The notes: generated from the letters alone by a model not told the origin. A stretch of 64,000 bases of DNA from an uncultured Candidatus Saccharibacteria bacterium (GCA_964552045.1 CAZKFF010000003.1:11880-75879), one strand, 5' to 3'. Positions 19,317 to 29,373 are shown, numbered from the stretch's first letter. Translations and numbers: made by a program.

Positions 19317-20471
19317 ATGTCACGAGTTGCGATTTCGGAGTACGCGGCCAAGAAGCTCATTCTTGGCGAGGCGTATACGGGTATTACGGTTACACATGAA
19401 ACCATTGATGATGCTGTTTCTCAACTGGCAGATAGCAGAAAATATATCATCAAAATTGACGTTGGTATAAAAAAACGCGGAAAACAGGGCCTTATTTGGC
19501 TCAATGTCAGCAGATCTGATGCCAAAAAAGCGATACAGGAACTTTTTGACCTTGGGCACGGCCGTTGCGTGATCGAGGAGATGGTTCCACATGAAACCAA
19601 CGATGAGCGTTATGTGAGCATTGATCTGCAGCGGGAAGGGGCTTTGGTCCTGTATTCACACAAGGGCGGCGTCGAAATTGAAGATAATGCTGCGGAAATG
19701 CAGCGTTTTTCTGCACCACGCGCAGAAGTCCTTGCCGGGGAAACGACCCTTGTTACCCCCGATGTTCCGCTCAATTTCCTTTTGCGCGCCATGCAGCAGT
19801 TCCACTTCTCCTTTCTCGAGATCAATCCTTTCGTGGCTCTCAATAAAGATTTTCTGCCACTCGATATGGCTGTAGAGATTGATGATGCGAAAGCAGGCAG
19901 ATTGCCACAGTGGGCGCAGTCGCACATCATCAAGAAAGCTGATACTCCAGAGGAAAAGGCGGTACAGGCACAGGACGAGACCACTGCGGCAGCTTTGACT
20001 TTGAAGATACTCAATATAAATGGCTCTATTCTCACTCTTTTGTCGGGCGGCGGCGCGAGTCTGGTCACGATTGATGCGCTTGTGACGGCAGGACTACAGG
20101 AAAAAATCATTAACTATAGCGAGTACAGTGGTGCCCCGACACGTGATGAGACCCATGCATATGTGCATACCCTTTTAAAGGTTTTGTTTGCTTCAGAAGC
20201 ATCAAAAAAAGTTGTGCTCATTGCAGGGGGCGTCGCTAACTTTACCGATATTATGGCCACCTTTGAGGGCATTGTTGATGCTTTTACTGAGAATCTTGCG
20301 GAACTGAAGCGTCAGCACGTCTACGTCTGTGCTCGTCGCGGCGGCCCCAATCAGGAAAAGGGCCTTTCGCATTTGCGCAATTTCCTTGCGGAAAATGGTA
20401 TAGCGCATGATATTCATGATCCCTCCCTTTCGCTGGGTGATATTGCAACACTCGTGACACCACATCTATAG
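19317..20471 (+). CDS. aclB: ATP-citrate lyase, ATP-grasp/citrate-binding subunit
   Basis: ISEYAAK, KKRGKQGL, LEINPF, GGGASLV, NYSEYSGAP, IAGGVANFTDI, RRGGPN. Confidence 0.9.
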   Translation: MSRVAISEYAAKKLILGEAYTGITVTHETIDDAVSQLADSRKYIIKIDVGIKKRGKQGLIWLNVSRSDAKKAIQELFDLGHGRCVIEEMVPHETNDERYVSIDLQREGALVLYSHKGGVEIEDNAAEMQRFSAPRAEVLAGETTLVTPDVPLNFLLRAMQQFHFSFLEINPFVALNKDFLPLDMAVEIDDAKAGRLPQWAQSHIIKKADTPEEKAVQAQDETTAAALTLKILNINGSILTLLSGGGASLVTIDALVTAGLQEKIINYSEYSGAPTRDETHAYVHTLLKVLFASEASKKVVLIAGGVANFTDIMATFEGIVDAFTENLAELKRQHVYVCARRGGPNQEKGLSHLRNFLAENGIAHDIHDPSLSLGDIATLVTPHL

Positions 20472-22815
20472 ACTATGATCAATATAATACGTGAAAAAGA
20501 GGCTAAAATAGTGGTTGCAGGCAACCATACAAAGATCATGCAATCCATTTTGGACTTTGATTATGCCGCAGGGAAAGCTCAGCCGAGTATAGTGGGCATT
20601 ATTTCAACGGGACGGAAAACCCAAAAGCTCTTCTGGGGTGATGGTGAGGTTCTCATTCCCGTATTTGAAACAGTAGAGTCGTCAAAAAAACTCGGAATAG
20701 AGCCAGATTTTCTGCTGTGTATCACTTCAGCCTCGAGCACACCCGTTATGGTTGATGCGTTTTTCACTGCATATCCCGATGCGCTCGGTGCGCACCTCTT
20801 TGCTGAAGGCGTGGCAGAGCGTGACGCCTTGTCGATCATTGAAAAATACGGAGATAAGCTCATTGCCGGCCCCTCAGGAGTCGGTCTGTGTATACCGGGA
20901 AGCCTGAAATTAGGTGCCGTTGGCGGTATTTTGGGAGAACGGCTTGCACAATTGGGATCCACCCGTGGATCGGTTGCAGTCGTGTGCAGTTCCGGCGGCA
21001 TGGTCAATGAGCTCATGTATCAGATAGTTGCCTCAGGTTCAGCGATCAGTTTCGCTACTGCTTTCGGTGGCGACCGTTTCCCCATCACTTCTCCACTCGA
21101 GTGGATCACAGAAGCCGAACATGACCCTGAAACAAAAGCGATCGTTTATTTCGGCGAGCTCGGCGGACGCGATGAGTACGATATTGTGGCTGCAATCAAG
21201 AATAAAGAGCTTACAAAGCCTGTTTTTGCCTATATAGCGGGACGTTTTGAGTCAAAGGATGAGAAGATCCAGTTCGGTCATGCCAAGGCTCTGGCTAAGG
21301 CCGAAGATGAAACCGCACAAGCAAAGATGGAAGCGCTCCGCAACGCCGGAGTGCATGTCAGCGATACCTTCGCTGAGTTCATGGCCTCGTTCGCTTCCCT
21401 TCCGAAGGATGTTACACGTGTAACAAACGCTCGGGAGTGGACCATGCGCAGAGCTTCTGTACGCCCGACTCATTTTTCTGCTCGAAAATACACTGGGGAA
21501 CAGGCTCCCAGCTTTACCGAGGCTATTATGCAGCGAATTCTTGGGAAAGAGACGGTTTCACGAGAAACAGTCGCGTTTGTGGATACAATTTTCGCTGAAC
21601 TTATCGACCATGGGCCTGCGGTCTCTGGCGCAGTAAATACTATGATCACCGCTCGGGCTGGCAGAGATATGGGCGCGAGCATTGCTTCGGGGATCCTCAC
21701 CATCGGTGACCGGTTCGGCGGTGCGATCAACAATGCGGCAAAAGTGTGGCATGAATCTGTTTCACATGGAACTTCCCCTCTTGATCTTGTAGCAACCTAC
21801 AGTAAGAATCGAGAATATATTCCTGGGATTGGCCATAAAAAATACAGCATTTATAAACCTGATCCTCGCGTAAGAACGTTTATTGAAGCTGGGAAACAGG
21901 CTCTGCGATACGCAAAGCACATGCAATTTGCCGAAGAAGTTGCACGTGAAACATCAAAAAAGCGGGCAAATCTTATATTAAATGTAGATGGAACCATTGC
22001 GGCGCTGCTTCTTGACTACCTATCTGAAAAGGAAATGTTCGACGTGGAACAAATTGAAGCGCTGCTTGAAATTGAATTCTTTAATTCACTCTTTATTATT
22101 CCCCGAACGGTAGGGTTTGTTGGACACTATCTCGACCAAAAGCGCATAGATGAAGGATTATTCCGGCTCGGCGATGGCGATATCTACGAGTATTAGAGGA
22201 AGAAAATAAGGCACACATGAAACCGCCGAGCTTATGGCTCGGCGGTTTCATGTGTGCCAGTACCCGAGTGTACTCTTGGGTTGGGGAAAATTGTTGATAA
22301 GTCGGTGGATATGTGTATAAAGGACAGACCTTTATGGTATACTCGTCCTATAATGCAGCCAATATTTTCTTGATATTATTAGGATTGCGTATGCATTAAT
22401 ACTCTAGTTGGATGTAATTTCAGGTTTCACGTGAAACGTCCACGAGCTTACTATGACTCAGTCATACACCACAAAGGAGATTGGAATATTGGGTGAGAAG
22501 ATCACTGCATTGTTTCTCATGAAACGAGGGTTTACCATTCTGGAACGCAACTACTGGAGAAAATGGGGGGAACTTGATCTGGTTGCCTCAAAAGACGGTA
22601 TGGTACATTTTATAGAGGTAAAGACTGCTTCATATGAATCGAGAGAAAAGCTTGAGTATGCTGTTTCCCATGAAACATGGCGGCCGGAAGAACGTGTGCA
22701 TCAGTTTAAGATCCACCAGATACATAAGGCTCTTGAAACATGGACCATGGATAATGCCTTTGAAGGGGAATGGGTCATTGATGTGGCCGCTGTTCGGGTT
22801 GTGCCACGTGAAACA
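19388..22815. promoter_or_regulatory. Cluster of parS-like sites (at least 11)
   Basis: Matches to TGTTNCACGTGAAACA at 19388, 19583, 21410, 21554, 21758, 21938, 22036, 22423, 22511, 22662 and 22800. Confidence 0.8.
20475..22196 (+). CDS. aclA: ATP-citrate lyase, CoA-binding/citryl-CoA lyase subunit
   Basis: QSILDFDY, SGGMVNEL, GGDRFP, GELGG, QFGHA (phospho-His), DHGPAVSGA, PGIGHK, LNVDG. Confidence 0.92.
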   Translation: MINIIREKEAKIVVAGNHTKIMQSILDFDYAAGKAQPSIVGIISTGRKTQKLFWGDGEVLIPVFETVESSKKLGIEPDFLLCITSASSTPVMVDAFFTAYPDALGAHLFAEGVAERDALSIIEKYGDKLIAGPSGVGLCIPGSLKLGAVGGILGERLAQLGSTRGSVAVVCSSGGMVNELMYQIVASGSAISFATAFGGDRFPITSPLEWITEAEHDPETKAIVYFGELGGRDEYDIVAAIKNKELTKPVFAYIAGRFESKDEKIQFGHAKALAKAEDETAQAKMEALRNAGVHVSDTFAEFMASFASLPKDVTRVTNAREWTMRRASVRPTHFSARKYTGEQAPSFTEAIMQRILGKETVSRETVAFVDTIFAELIDHGPAVSGAVNTMITARAGRDMGASIASGILTIGDRFGGAINNAAKVWHESVSHGTSPLDLVATYSKNREYIPGIGHKKYSIYKPDPRVRTFIEAGKQALRYAKHMQFAEEVARETSKKRANLILNVDGTIAALLLDYLSEKEMFDVEQIEALLEIEFFNSLFIIPRTVGFVGHYLDQKRIDEGLFRLGDGDIYEY

Positions 22816-22857
22816 TACGCGTCCGTACGTTTTATCGAAAATATAGTGCAGGAATGA
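22453..22857 (+). CDS. yraN: YraN/UPF0102 family nuclease
   Basis: GILGEKI, ILERNYWRKWGELDLVA, FIEVKT. Confidence 0.9.
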   Translation: MTQSYTTKEIGILGEKITALFLMKRGFTILERNYWRKWGELDLVASKDGMVHFIEVKTASYESREKLEYAVSHETWRPEERVHQFKIHQIHKALETWTMDNAFEGEWVIDVAAVRVVPRETYASVRFIENIVQE

Positions 22858-22865
22858 GCTGCGCA

Positions 22866-22893
22866 GCTATAAAGGACATATGTCCTTTATAGC
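22866..22893. repeat. Perfect 28 bp palindrome containing the TATAAAGGACA motif
   Basis: gctataaaggacat|atgtcctttatagc. Confidence 0.85.
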
Positions 22894-23888
22894 GAGGAAG
22901 CCAACGGGGGAGTCACGATCTCTTTACCGGCGCCGATATCGTCTTCATCCTGTATCTCGTACTGAATGATCTCTTCAATGATATCTTCAAGGGTGATCAC
23001 CCCGACGCACGCATCTTCTGTGGTATATACCACCGCCAGGTGTCGTTTTTGTTTAAGCATCCGTGAAAGCACCTCATCAAGCAGCTGATGAGCCCGTACC
23101 TTGAGAAATCTTCGTTCGAACGCCGCTTCAGTATCTTTGACCGCAATATCCTCATCCTCAACAAGGAGGTCTTTGGTATACAAAATACCTATGATATTAG
23201 CTCTTCTTTTTTGATAGATAGGGTAGCGGGAGTAGCCAAGATTTGCAGCCTCCTCGATAAAAGCACGCGTAAGCCGCTGCTCACAATCAAACATGGCAAC
23301 CGCATCAAGCGGAGTCATGACCTCAGACACTTTCCGGTGGGAGAATTTCAGTGCGCCGTGCAAAATACGTTCCTCATCGGCATCTATGGGGCTGTGTTCA
23401 GATTCCTCATGTTCAGAAATAATGTGCATGAGTTCGTTCTTGCTGTACATGCGCGGCAATTCATTCCCAAGGACCATATCTAAAATATAGGAAATAGGCC
23501 ATGCAACAGGGTAGAATACGAATATTGCCAGACGCACCAGGGGAGAGGCAAGGGCGCACAACCGCATGGCGTGGCGGGAGAAGATGGCCTGCGGCGTGAT
23601 CTCTCCAAAGACGAAAATAACTGCCGTAGCAATAAATCCTGCGGCAACACTCTCAAAAAGCGTTCCAAGATAGACCGCCAGGGCGGTGTTCACGGTTACG
23701 TTCCCAAGAAGCAGCGTTGTAAGCAACAGATTTCCCCTTTGTCGCAAAGGGTAGATCTTCGCCGCCTGGGTGTCGCCAAGTTCCGCCCGGCGCTTAAGCG
23801 TGTGCGGATCGAAGGTAAAAAGCCCAAGGGTCAAGCCGGAGAAGAGGGCCGAGAGGGAAATAAGCACGAGTGCTATAAGGTAGTCCAT
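22887..23888 (-). CDS. CNNM/DUF21 + CBS domain protein (CorB/CorC-like)
   Basis: SALFSGLTLG, LLLGNVTVN, FGEITPQ, GYSRYPIY, GVITLEDIIEEI. Confidence 0.93.
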   Translation of the reverse strand: MDYLIALVLISLSALFSGLTLGLFTFDPHTLKRRAELGDTQAAKIYPLRQRGNLLLTTLLLGNVTVNTALAVYLGTLFESVAAGFIATAVIFVFGEITPQAIFSRHAMRLCALASPLVRLAIFVFYPVAWPISYILDMVLGNELPRMYSKNELMHIISEHEESEHSPIDADEERILHGALKFSHRKVSEVMTPLDAVAMFDCEQRLTRAFIEEAANLGYSRYPIYQKRRANIIGILYTKDLLVEDEDIAVKDTEAAFERRFLKVRAHQLLDEVLSRMLKQKRHLAVVYTTEDACVGVITLEDIIEEIIQYEIQDEDDIGAGKEIVTPPLASSL

Positions 23889-23957
23889 TGAGGAATATGA
23901 AGTATAGCATATTTTGGGGTTTTTGAAGGAGAGGGAGTTTCCTCAACGGGCGGAAAG

Positions 23958-24120
23958 GCGGGAATCTTTCTCTACGGGAACGGTATAGTCTTCACATCTC
24001 ATTTCCCAGAGGCTCGTTGCGATATGCTCAGGCTCTTCGATTCCCGGACACAAGCAAAGCAGTTTGCTTGTGCTCCCCGACAAATAATAAAGGCTCTCTT
24101 TCGAGAGCCTTTATTATTTG
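23958..24120 (-). repeat. Structured element downstream of tRNA-Pro with an inverted copy of the tRNA 3' end
   Basis: Minus strand: tcggggag-[hairpin]-ccgggaatcgaa...tataccgttcccgtagagaaagattccc. Confidence 0.7.
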
Positions 24121-24191
24121 TCGGGGAGCCGGGAATCGAACCCGGACCACACGGTCCCAAACCGCGTACACTACCACTATGCTACACCCCG
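24121..24191 (-). tRNA. tRNA-Pro(UGG)
   Basis: Reverse complement cggggtg...ctccccg-a; anticodon loop TTTGGGA; GTTCGAT. Confidence 0.93.
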
Positions 24192-24409
24192 ATGCAGCGA
24201 GAGTCGTGGCGTGCGAATGTCAAACGAAAATTATGGCTGGAAGAAAGATTACTTTCTTTTTAGCCATAATTTTCGTTTGATGCACGCTTCGCGTGCAGCA
24301 CGACATGACCGAGCAAAGAGAGGGTGCACGCTCTGCTTACACCCCGACTTTTTGCCGCAAAATCATACCACTGTAATCTAAAAAATGCGAGTATTTCGAG
24401 GCTAATTTT

Positions 24410-25030
24410 TTGTCTGCTACAATGTGTCGTGTGAATGTAACTGTCGATACATACAACAAAGCAGCCCGAGCGTATGCTGATAAATTTGATACCATTGGCT
24501 CACGTCGGACAGATATAGAGCGGGCATTCGCTTTGCGCAATAAGGGTTCAGAGTGTTCGGTTGTTGAGTGGGGTTGCGGTAACGGGCGCGATGCTCAGGT
24601 GATCTTGGAATTCACCAGTCGATTCATCGGGATCGATGCATCAGCAGCAATGATCGCGCTTGCAAAAGAGTCTTTGCCGGATGCGGATTTGAGAGTGGCA
24701 GACATACGTGCATTTGAAATACCTCAAGACACCGATATTATCATTGCTTTCGCTTCGCTACTGCACCTCAATAAAGAAGCAGTTACGGTGATATTGAGTG
24801 AGACCCATCCGCGTATGGCTCAAGAGGGGATAGTGTACATCTCCCTCAAGCGCGCTGGATACGAAGAACGTATAGTCACGGATGAACATGGGCCACGCGT
24901 CTTTTATTTCTATGAGCGTAAAGATATTGAGGAAATGATAAGGGGATTGTATGAAGTTATCTGGTACGAAGAACAATTGTTAAAAGGTGTAGAATGGCTT
25001 ACTGTCGCGTTAAGAAAAAATGACAAATGA
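24410..25030 (+). CDS. Class I SAM-dependent methyltransferase
   Basis: VVEWGCGNGRDA, GIDASAAM, ASLLHL. Confidence 0.88.
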   Translation: MSATMCRVNVTVDTYNKAARAYADKFDTIGSRRTDIERAFALRNKGSECSVVEWGCGNGRDAQVILEFTSRFIGIDASAAMIALAKESLPDADLRVADIRAFEIPQDTDIIIAFASLLHLNKEAVTVILSETHPRMAQEGIVYISLKRAGYEERIVTDEHGPRVFYFYERKDIEEMIRGLYEVIWYEEQLLKGVEWLTVALRKNDK

Positions 25031-25950
25031 TCACCCATTATTTCAAGACAATAAAAGATACGGAACTGAAAGTACTCGACGCGGTACGCACCGGCGTATG
25101 GACGCATGTGGTTGCGCCGTCTGACGAGGAAGTAGTGCAGATCGCCCAGCAGTATGCGCTTGATGATGCAGTACTTGAGGACGCACGGGACTTTTTCGAG
25201 GTGCCTCGCCTGGAGCGTTCTGGGGGATTCACGTATTTCTTCACCAGGTATCCGTTCGATGAAAAGGATGAAGACAGCGGAACAGCGCCGCTTCTGGTAG
25301 TGATGGGCGAGTCATTCGTGCTGACTTTTGCGCTCCGCGAAGTGCCACAGTTCAGGCCATTCATTGAAGGGAAGACCGATGTGGTAACCACGCAAAAGGC
25401 AAAGTTCTTCATACAAATAATGGATAGCATCACGCGTTCGTATGAACGTGACCTCGTGAAGTTCCGCAAATCCGTGCAGAAGGACCGGGCGCGGCTGCGC
25501 AAGATCGGCTCGCGCGAGATCGAACGTCTGGTGAACTTCGAAAACGATCTCAACGATATCATCACGGCGCTTGTGCCGACCAACAGTTCGCTGCAGCAGA
25601 TAACCAATGGCAATTACATGCAGCTCTATAACGAGGATGTTGAGCTTATGCAGGATTTGATGATCGCCAACAGCCAGCTTGTGGATTCCGCGCGTTCGGT
25701 GCTCAAGACCATACAGAATATTCGCACGGCAGCGGAATCGATCCTAACGCATAAGCTCAACACGACCATCCGCACGCTGACGGTCCTCACGATCCTGCTC
25801 ACCATTCCCACGATCATCGCGTCGTTGTACGGCATGAATGTGCCGCTTCCGTTCGGCAATCACCCGTATGCATTTTTCTTTGTTATGGGGGCTATTCTTG
25901 CAGCAGTAGGAATGACGGTTCTGTTGTTCAGACATCATAAATGGCTATAG
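25027..25950 (+). CDS. corA: CorA family Mg2+ transporter
   Basis: Two C-terminal TMs with the YGMNV signature. Confidence 0.92.
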   Translation: MITHYFKTIKDTELKVLDAVRTGVWTHVVAPSDEEVVQIAQQYALDDAVLEDARDFFEVPRLERSGGFTYFFTRYPFDEKDEDSGTAPLLVVMGESFVLTFALREVPQFRPFIEGKTDVVTTQKAKFFIQIMDSITRSYERDLVKFRKSVQKDRARLRKIGSREIERLVNFENDLNDIITALVPTNSSLQQITNGNYMQLYNEDVELMQDLMIANSQLVDSARSVLKTIQNIRTAAESILTHKLNTTIRTLTVLTILLTIPTIIASLYGMNVPLPFGNHPYAFFFVMGAILAAVGMTVLLFRHHKWL

Positions 25951-26561
25951 ATACCATGCAACAAGTCATTTTCATCCATGGGGGAGAGGCGTTCAGTGAT
26001 TACGGCGTATTTTTGGAATATCTTAAGAATGAGACAATTGATCCCTATGAGAAGCCGTCAAAGCGCTGGCATAAGGCGTTGCCTGAGGATCTCGGTGACA
26101 CATATGAGGTATTTCTGCCCCAGATGCCGAACGCAGAAAATGCTCACTATGCTGAATGGAAGATCTGGTTTGAAAAGTATATTCCGGTCCTGCGCGACGG
26201 AGTGATTCTGATCGGCCATTCGCAGGGCGGATACTTTTTGGTGAAATACCTCACAGAAAACGGGTTCCCCGTCTCCATCAAAGCACTGTATCTGGTTGCT
26301 GCGCCATTTGAGGCTGATACCTTCGAAGGCGGGGAGGACGGCGGCGACTTCGCATTCGATACATCCCGTGTTCCAGAATTGCAGAATATGGCTGAAAACA
26401 TAGGCATTTTTCACTCAAAAGATGATTTCGTCGTGCCGTATGCGCATGCCCTGAAGTATGGAGAGGCGCTTCCGCAGGCCAAACTTCGCCTGTTTGAAGA
26501 CCGGGTCCACTTTTGGCAGGAGTCGTTCCCTGAGCTTATTGCGGACATCAAAGCGTTGTAG
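25941..26561 (+). CDS. RBBP9/YdeN alpha/beta hydrolase
   Basis: FIHGG, GHSQGG nucleophile elbow, HSKDDFVVP, HF. Confidence 0.9.
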   Translation: MAIDTMQQVIFIHGGEAFSDYGVFLEYLKNETIDPYEKPSKRWHKALPEDLGDTYEVFLPQMPNAENAHYAEWKIWFEKYIPVLRDGVILIGHSQGGYFLVKYLTENGFPVSIKALYLVAAPFEADTFEGGEDGGDFAFDTSRVPELQNMAENIGIFHSKDDFVVPYAHALKYGEALPQAKLRLFEDRVHFWQESFPELIADIKAL

Positions 26562-26691
26562 CTCAGCATGGCTTCTGCTTCGGGACATTATGCAAAAGAG
26601 CTTTGATTTTTGAGGTTTTTTGGCAGTTGCACACAGGATTCTCGTGTAAGAAAGGAGTATTCACCCCGTCTTCACGTATAATGGTTCACAT

Positions 26692-27276
26692 ATGCGGCGT
26701 AGCGAGAGCAAAGACAGCATAAAAGTGGGCCACGAAGAGCGTTTTTTGAAAGCTTTCGAGGAATATAGTGATGCCTTGTTCAGGCACGCATTTCTCCGTA
26801 TAAGCGATCGCGAACGGGCTATTGATGTCGTCCACGATACATACACAAAGGTGTGGTCGTATGTGCGTTCGGGACACGATATCGAGTCGTTCAGGCCTTT
26901 TTTGTATAAAGTGCTCAACAATCTCATTATTGACGAGTACCGCAAGACCAAAGAAGCCTCACTGGACGCGCTGTTCGAGATCGAGGGAGTGGATGAAGGA
27001 TCATTCGATGATCTGACCTCCGACAATGTTGAATCACTCGCTGCAACGCTGGACGGGAAACAGGCGTTTGCAATGCTCGAAGAGCTTCCAGACACCTATC
27101 GTGAAGTGCTCATTCTCAGATTTGTCGATGAACTTGGTCCAAAAGAGATCAGCAACCTCATTGAAGAATCTGAAAATGTCGTCTCGGTACGTCTGCACAG
27201 AGGACTTCGGCTACTGAGAGAGCGTATCGAAGCCCGAGAGAAAGAAATCGAAAAGGGACGCACAAAGAAAACATAA
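26692..27276 (+). CDS. ECF-type RNA polymerase sigma factor
   Basis: Region 2 (DVVHDTYTKVW, FLYKVLNNLIIDEYRK) and region 4 (LPDTYREVLILRF, VSVRLHRG). Confidence 0.92.
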   Translation: MRRSESKDSIKVGHEERFLKAFEEYSDALFRHAFLRISDRERAIDVVHDTYTKVWSYVRSGHDIESFRPFLYKVLNNLIIDEYRKTKEASLDALFEIEGVDEGSFDDLTSDNVESLAATLDGKQAFAMLEELPDTYREVLILRFVDELGPKEISNLIEESENVVSVRLHRGLRLLRERIEAREKEIEKGRTKKT

Positions 27277-27283
27277 TTTTATA

Positions 27284-28777
27284 ATGAAGCGTTTTAGCGA
27301 ACAATTTAAGAAACAGTCCGATTCCATCAGCATGAAGGCGTCGGAGCGGAATGCGCTTAAGGAGCGCGTGCTCTCGTATATGGAGTATCATCCGCTTCCG
27401 CTGGAGTTGCAGCAGGCGGCAACGGCGACACGGAAGGAATACATTGCTTCCGAGCCGTTCCGTGCGCTTCACCTGAATTCCCTGTATGTCCGCAGTTTGG
27501 CGGGCGTGTTCGCCGTGGTGATGATCGTCGGCGTGCCATTTATCGCAGAACGGTCTATGCCCGGAGATGTGCTCTATCCGGTGAAAGTGCAGTTCAATGA
27601 GGAGCTTCGATCCTCTCTTTCGCTTTCACCGTATGCGAAGGTCGCGTGGGAAACCGAGCGCCTAGAGCGGCGGCTTGCTGAGGCCCGCCTGCTCGCAAGC
27701 GAAGGCAAGTTCACTCAGGAGGCTGAAGATAAGGTCGCGCAGGCGGTGAAGGATCATACCGATGCGGCACAGCGGGAGATCGCACAGATACGGCAGAATG
27801 ACAGCGACGAGGCGGCCATCGCAGAGATCACGTTTGCATCCGCTCTGGCCGTGCAGACCGAAGTGCTCGAAGGACATCTTGAGAAGGACAATACAGACAA
27901 CAACAGCGACGGTTCAGTTGCGGCAATCGCACAAGTGGTAGCAGAAGCCCGCAATACCGCAGTAGCAGCACAGAGCGACGCCCATCCTTCGTACGCGAAG
28001 CTCCTGGGGCACGTTGAAGCGGAATCAACGCATGTGTATGAACTCTTCGCGTCGGTAGAAAACGATGCTTCGCGCGAAGAGGTGGAGGACGTGAAGCGCC
28101 GTATCGCGGATATCGAGCGGAAAGTGGCGCAGGCAGCAGCCATCAAAGACGGCAAAGCCGCCGATGCGGAAGCAGTCGCACCGGCTCTTATGTCCACGAT
28201 GTCGTCTGCAGCGACAGATACGAGCACATCGACTCTCCCGGAAGAAACCGCTTCGTCTGCTTTGGATACTGCACAGGAGGAAGCTCCGATGAAAAAGGAA
28301 GCGGTGCCTGAAGAAGCGGTCTCTGAAGCCGATGCGGAAGCGGAATCCATAGCCCTGCTGCGTTCTGCGCTCACTGATATCCAGAAACTGTTGAGCTATA
28401 TGACTCATATTGATGTGCGTGAGAATGTTTCGATCGAAGAACTGGTGCCCATAACGCTGACCCCGCAGGAAGAGGCTGAAGCCTTCACAGAACTGCTCAA
28501 TAAGACCGTCGCCATACAGGAGGAGGTCGGCGCGCGCGAGGTGAAGCCGCAGCAGCTTGAAAAGATAACGGCAGGACAGCAGGAGCTCGAAATACAGATA
28601 GCGGAAGCAGTCGCCCGTATGGAAGCAGGCGATACTGAAGGGGCATATGCACAGCTTGAAGAGGCGTACGCACTCGCTTCTGATCTTGATGCGCTTACGA
28701 AACATGCTCCGCTGAAGGAGGCTCCGGTTCTGGAGGCACAGGAAGGGACATCAACTCCAGAAGAAACTCTGCAATAG
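27284..28777 (+). CDS. DUF5667-like membrane protein, putative anti-sigma factor
   Basis: TM followed by SMPGDVLYPVK...ERRLAEA; 7 nt after the ECF sigma gene. Confidence 0.75.
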   Translation: MKRFSEQFKKQSDSISMKASERNALKERVLSYMEYHPLPLELQQAATATRKEYIASEPFRALHLNSLYVRSLAGVFAVVMIVGVPFIAERSMPGDVLYPVKVQFNEELRSSLSLSPYAKVAWETERLERRLAEARLLASEGKFTQEAEDKVAQAVKDHTDAAQREIAQIRQNDSDEAAIAEITFASALAVQTEVLEGHLEKDNTDNNSDGSVAAIAQVVAEARNTAVAAQSDAHPSYAKLLGHVEAESTHVYELFASVENDASREEVEDVKRRIADIERKVAQAAAIKDGKAADAEAVAPALMSTMSSAATDTSTSTLPEETASSALDTAQEEAPMKKEAVPEEAVSEADAEAESIALLRSALTDIQKLLSYMTHIDVRENVSIEELVPITLTPQEEAEAFTELLNKTVAIQEEVGAREVKPQQLEKITAGQQELEIQIAEAVARMEAGDTEGAYAQLEEAYALASDLDALTKHAPLKEAPVLEAQEGTSTPEETLQ

Positions 28778-28874
28778 AATCCTTTAAACAAAGCGTACAA
28801 TACGCTTTGTGTTTTATATGAAGAACGGGGACAGAAATTGTTGACAGCGTATGTGTGGGGTGTATATTCAGGGA

Positions 28875-28985
28875 ATGGTAGATATGAGTTTAGTTAGCTT
28901 GTTTGCGTTCACCGCAGCATACCTTCTATGGAATCTAAAGGATGTCATCATCCCCGCGTTCTGTACGGTTGGCGTGCGCAAGTAA
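28875..28985 (+). CDS. Small hydrophobic protein (36 aa) MVDMSLVSLFAFTAAYLLWNLKDVIIPAFCTVGVRK
   Basis: TTGACA...TATATT promoter directly upstream and a strong terminator (about 28990-29036) downstream. Confidence 0.5.
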   Translation: MVDMSLVSLFAFTAAYLLWNLKDVIIPAFCTVGVRK

Positions 28986-29160
28986 GTTTGTGAAAAATAA
29001 AACGCCGGCCTTACAGGCCGGCGTTTTATTTTTCACTTTCATTGTTCGAAGTGCCAGTTTGTTCGTGCAACATGGCGGTACTCCGAACCGTGAACCCGGT
29101 CGGTGTCGTACCTCACAAGGAGGACGGATGCGGCAAATGCAGTACACAAAGGGGAATACT

Positions 29161-29373
29161 ATGTCTAAGGATACTCCAGGCGGGGACATACCCTCATCGG
29201 AGGGCAGCGTCTCGTTCGATCACCTGCTGACAGCGGGAGGCCTGTGCAGCGACGGGGAAGACTTCCCGCGGGGATACCCTCCTCTTTCGGGGGTATATCG
29301 GGAATCACGCGGCCGATGCTGGGATTTCGACAGCGTAGGGCGAGCGCTGACCATTGCAGGCGGGCGGAAGTGA
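29161..29373 (+). CDS. Possible small hypothetical protein (70 aa)
   Basis: gggga SD-like sequence before the ATG; hairpin with T-run after the stop. Confidence 0.35.
   Translation: MSKDTPGGDIPSSEGSVSFDHLLTAGGLCSDGEDFPRGYPPLSGVYRESRGRCWDFDSVGRALTIAGGRK

Noticed and set aside
22261-22450. Calling this spacer oriC
   Set aside because: DnaA-box-like and parS sites are present, but there is no dnaA/dnaN in the window and skew could not be computed; only origin proximity is inferred.
29070-29150. SRP-RNA-like stretch ccgtgaacccggtcgg
   Set aside because: Lacks the conserved CAGG...GGAA...AGCAG helix 8 motif; the resemblance is too short.
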